Source of the DNA: Convolutriloba macropyga
Lineage: Eukaryota
Length of the DNA stretch: 64,000 bases
Direction of reading: 5' to 3'
Assembly: GCF_964194025.1 (NCBI RefSeq)
Contig: NC_134468.1
Span: 930,001 to 994,000 of the forward strand
Shown here: piece by piece, positions 61,182 to 64,000 of the stretch
Layout of the letters: each line of letters begins with the position of its first letter
Position numbering within the stretch: the stretch's first letter is position 1
The notes under the pieces: model-generated
Told to the model about the DNA's origin: nothing
Seen by the model: the letters and a program-made list of their open reading frames with translations, nothing else
Database searches by the model: none
Made by a program: the position numbers and the translations under genes

Positions 61182-61762
61182 CTGCAAGAGTGGTTGTTCT
61201 TGACTTTGAAGGCTTTCGAAGCAAAAAATCTGATTTTATTGTGAAAGAGCTAGCCATAACTTGCAATAACTACACGGATACAATTTCATTCTCACCTCCG
61301 CACTCATTCAATTCTCTTACTTTGAGTGAACAAAAATCTTATCAGTGGGTTTCAAAATACCTTCATGGTTTAGATTGGGAAAAGGGAGATTACCCATATT
61401 GCTATTCAAAACAAATTCTTCAAAGTGTAGTGCTTCGATTTCCTCTATCAGATTTTTATGCGAAGGGTGTAGAGAAAACTGATACGTTGCAAAAATTGCT
61501 TCAGAGGAAAGTTACAAACCTTGAGGATTTGTTATGCCCCAAAATTGAACATTTGAGTTTCTATCGGGAGACCCCAATTTGTGACTTGCATTCAACAACT
61601 TGCCCAAAACGACAGAAAAACAAACATTGTGCGAGGAAAAAGGCCCAATTGTTCTACTACTGGCTGATCCATGAACAACCGTCGATTAGAAAAGACAGCA
61701 CCGTCTGTACTCCAAGTGAATTTGTCTCCAAATTTGATCGTTTACAGTTGCTTAACGGCTGA
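61175..61762 (+). CDS. Polinton DnaQ/DEDD-like exonuclease-fold protein
   Basis: VVVLDFEGF (ExoI-like D-x-E), IVKELAI, HGLDWEKG, C-terminal C..H...HCA. Confidence 0.7.
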   Translation: MLTARVVVLDFEGFRSKKSDFIVKELAITCNNYTDTISFSPPHSFNSLTLSEQKSYQWVSKYLHGLDWEKGDYPYCYSKQILQSVVLRFPLSDFYAKGVEKTDTLQKLLQRKVTNLEDLLCPKIEHLSFYRETPICDLHSTTCPKRQKNKHCARKKAQLFYYWLIHEQPSIRKDSTVCTPSEFVSKFDRLQLLNG

Positions 61763-62003
61763 AAATCAATTGACTGTTACACTAGTCAAGGAGGAGAAAA
61801 TTGACAGTCGGGGACAAACTGTATTGAGGAAACAGCAAGTTGTTTGCACAGGAGCCGAAATAGAATCCTTCAAAAAATATCTTTCACTCTTAGAATATTT
61901 TCAACTGTATCATGTCTATGAAAGAGAAAATGCAAAGAATGAATCTAACCCCTTTACCTATGCCCAAGCGGTCAGTTCCAGTGCAAGTGCCTCTGAACGA
62001 TGA
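61671..62003 (+). CDS. Polinton hypothetical protein
   Basis: 110-aa ORF overlapping both neighbours in the compact gene block. Confidence 0.45.
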   Translation: MNNRRLEKTAPSVLQVNLSPNLIVYSCLTAENQLTVTLVKEEKIDSRGQTVLRKQQVVCTGAEIESFKKYLSLLEYFQLYHVYERENAKNESNPFTYAQAVSSSASASER

Positions 62004-62166
62004 CAATCTACCTAAGGAAATTAAGCAGCTTGTAGAACAAGGATGTGTGGATTCAGTTACGTATTACGGGATGGAGTATGGCATGAAAGCAAGCTACACA
62101 GTTGTTTACAAAAAAGAGGGCAAAAACTCTCATTATACAACTTATGAATTTTTTATAGTAGACTAA
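61912..62166 (+). CDS. Polinton hypothetical protein
   Basis: 84-aa ORF within the same-strand compact block. Confidence 0.45.
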   Translation: MSMKEKMQRMNLTPLPMPKRSVPVQVPLNDDNLPKEIKQLVEQGCVDSVTYYGMEYGMKASYTVVYKKEGKNSHYTTYEFFIVD

Positions 62167-62235
62167 CAATATTCATGTTGATTTTTAAATTTAATTATTT
62201 TGTTTGAATTCATTTTTGAAAAAAACGTTTTCTCC

Positions 62236-62511
62236 ATGAGTTCAACTGCGGATCAGTTAGATTCGGGAGGTGGCATAACCGATTTGGTTTTTGATGAGAA
62301 TCAACAGGAAAGGAGATCTTGGAGATTTTGTAATTCAAGAGTGCCACGATCAGAAGTTGTTTATTTCACTCAAATTTTCATTATAGTTTTTCTTATTGCA
62401 GTATCTCTCATCAAGTTGGTATTTTTTCAATTGGATTGTGAGGAGTCAACATTTTGGTTTTCGCTCCTCTCTTGCACAGTTGGCTACGCACTTCCAAACC
62501 CAAAGCTATGA
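62236..62511 (+). CDS. Polinton small two-TM membrane protein
   Basis: EVVYFTQIFIIVFLIAVSLIKLVF and FWFSLLSCTVGYALPNP hydrophobic helices. The stop overlaps the ATPase start (ATGA). Confidence 0.7.
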   Translation: MSSTADQLDSGGGITDLVFDENQQERRSWRFCNSRVPRSEVVYFTQIFIIVFLIAVSLIKLVFFQLDCEESTFWFSLLSCTVGYALPNPKL

Positions 62512-63236
62512 ATAAAATTATTTCAACGAGCGATCGACTCTTTATGGCAGTGTCTGGTCCATCTTGCTGTGGAAAAACTGAGCTGATTTTCAAAATGTTA
62601 CTTCAAAACACTTTTTCACCAAAATTTCAATCCATTTTTTATTTCTATCAGAATGAACAACCAAAATTTGAGTCCTTAGAGAGAAAATTGAATATACAGT
62701 TTAAAAAATTTACAAGTTTTGAAATTATCTCAGAGTTAGAAGACTGTCTTCTTGTTTTTGATGATTCATGCGAAGAAATTTTTAACGATAAAGAGTTTTC
62801 AAAACTTGCGACTGCAGGTCGTCACAAAAATATAAGTGTTATTTACGTTAAGCACAATTTATTCCAACAAAGCAAGTGGTCGAGAACAATTGACTTGAAT
62901 ACAACACACATCATCTTATTCAAATCACCACGTGATACTCAACAAATTGGTTTAATTGGTCGACAGCTCAACAACACACAATTTCTTAAAGAAAGCTACG
63001 AGCTAGCTACCAAACAGCCTTTTGGTCATTTATTAATTGATTTAGACCCAAAGACGTCGGACGTTTTGCGATATTGCTCAAACATTGTGCCTCCAGGACC
63101 ATCAATTTTCTACTTACCGTCTGCGAAAGCTGTAATAACAAATCTAACAAATGAAACAGAGAGAACTATGTATGCTGCGGCAAATGCTTCAGTCAAGCGA
63201 CATCAACTTAAAAAAACTGATAAAGACAGCTTCTAA
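62508..63236 (+). CDS. A32/FtsK-like DNA packaging ATPase
   Basis: Walker A GPSCCGKT, Walker B LLVFDD, AGRHKNISVIYVKHN (Arg finger/sensor region), PFGHLLIDL. Confidence 0.9.
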   Translation: MNKIISTSDRLFMAVSGPSCCGKTELIFKMLLQNTFSPKFQSIFYFYQNEQPKFESLERKLNIQFKKFTSFEIISELEDCLLVFDDSCEEIFNDKEFSKLATAGRHKNISVIYVKHNLFQQSKWSRTIDLNTTHIILFKSPRDTQQIGLIGRQLNNTQFLKESYELATKQPFGHLLIDLDPKTSDVLRYCSNIVPPGPSIFYLPSAKAVITNLTNETERTMYAAANASVKRHQLKKTDKDSF

Positions 63237-63450
63237 AAACTTTATTCGATTTCTCTGCGAGTGTTTTCTCAACGTAGTCAACGGTAATGTTGAAATTAAT
63301 AAAAAACTAATCGAAAATCACGAAAAATCATTTCGAAAAATATTATCCAAACAAACAGGTTTGAGGGAAAAGAAAAGAATTCTTGGCAGAGAATCAGAAC
63401 TGTTAAAAGCCGTTGGTCTTTCCTGTTATTTCTACTTGATGAAATCATAA
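63151..63450 (+). CDS. Conserved-looking Polinton small basic protein
   Basis: FIRFLCECFLNVVNGNV motif of the kind seen in small ORFs following the ATPase in Mavericks. Confidence 0.6.
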   Translation: MKQRELCMLRQMLQSSDINLKKLIKTASKNFIRFLCECFLNVVNGNVEINKKLIENHEKSFRKILSKQTGLREKKRILGRESELLKAVGLSCYFYLMKS

Positions 63451-64000
63451 TGCATACAGAAGAGTTCATTTTAATTCCAAAACGAATGTTTATAACAAAG
63501 CAACCCCAAAAGAGCGAAATTATTGAAAACCCACAATATAAAAACAAAGCTATTCAGTTATCACTTATGCAACGAAACAAGCTAAGGGAAGATATAGGAA
63601 AAACGGACAGAGTGATCCCAACAGATCCAACAAATATTGAACGAGATGTAGATAAAGCAGATAGAGTGGTCCAAACAGATCCAACCCAATTTGAAGATGA
63701 AAAAATGGAGGCTTCTAGTGATGATAGTGAAATGGATCCAATTGTCACAAAAAAGCCTACAGTTGAATCATTTGAGTCGATTATGAAAAACGTTAAATTA
63801 AAAGAAGCTCACAAAATCAAACGTGCAGAAATAGTACTTGATTTTATTCTCCAATCAAACCAAATCACTATTGGGGAAGAGAGCCAACTAATTTACATTG
63901 ACAATAAACCCACGGATGTACAAGTTTCATCTTTTTTGTATGATTTGCAACAACCAACCAAGAAAATTGATCAAGAGGCATATTCAAGAATCTTGATAGT
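63450..64000 (+). CDS. Polinton hypothetical protein (truncated by the window end)
   Basis: TAATG stop/start overlap; MHTEEFILIPKRMF... frame appears open to the window edge. Confidence 0.6.
   Translation, partial: MHTEEFILIPKRMFITKQPQKSEIIENPQYKNKAIQLSLMQRNKLREDIGKTDRVIPTDPTNIERDVDKADRVVQTDPTQFEDEKMEASSDDSEMDPIVTKKPTVESFESIMKNVKLKEAHKIKRAEIVLDFILQSNQITIGEESQLIYIDNKPTDVQVSSFLYDLQQPTKKIDQEAYSRILI

Larger units (their letters stand above)
60455..64000 (+). mobile_element. Polinton/Maverick (adintovirus-like) element, left arm, runs off the window
   Basis: Begins with an AGTAGT terminus exactly where the BEL integrase frame breaks. Subterminal tandem repeats, then compact overlapping intronless ORFs including a packaging ATPase. 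Confidence 0.85.

Overview
AT-rich eukaryotic (invertebrate animal-like) genomic DNA dominated by mobile elements, with one assembly gap (13464-13647). Host genes: a two-coding-exon DRC1/CCDC164 (- strand) and the first two visible coding exons of a SNAPC1-like gene (+). Mobile elements: three CR1/L2-type LINEs, a decayed Gypsy element with both LTRs and a chuvirus-glycoprotein-like env, a second Gypsy relic, a tandem cluster of Penelope-like fragments, a BEL/Pao element, the left arm of an apparently intact Polinton/Maverick inserted into the BEL integrase, and several MITEs. Best candidate for an undescribed system: all three LINEs carry an extra stand-alone upstream ORF (ORF0) with SGNH-like motifs and a basic tail. 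In the two well-preserved copies, repeated RNA stem-loops separate ORF0 from ORF1 (four covarying hairpins in one, two 85-nt hairpins in the other), and ORF2 has no AUG and looks expressed by recoding (in-frame UGA-CUA in one, an A-AAA-AAA -1 slippery site in the other). A PHD finger inserted inside the Penelope RT core is a second notable oddity. All homology calls come from motif recognition by eye; no database searches were run.
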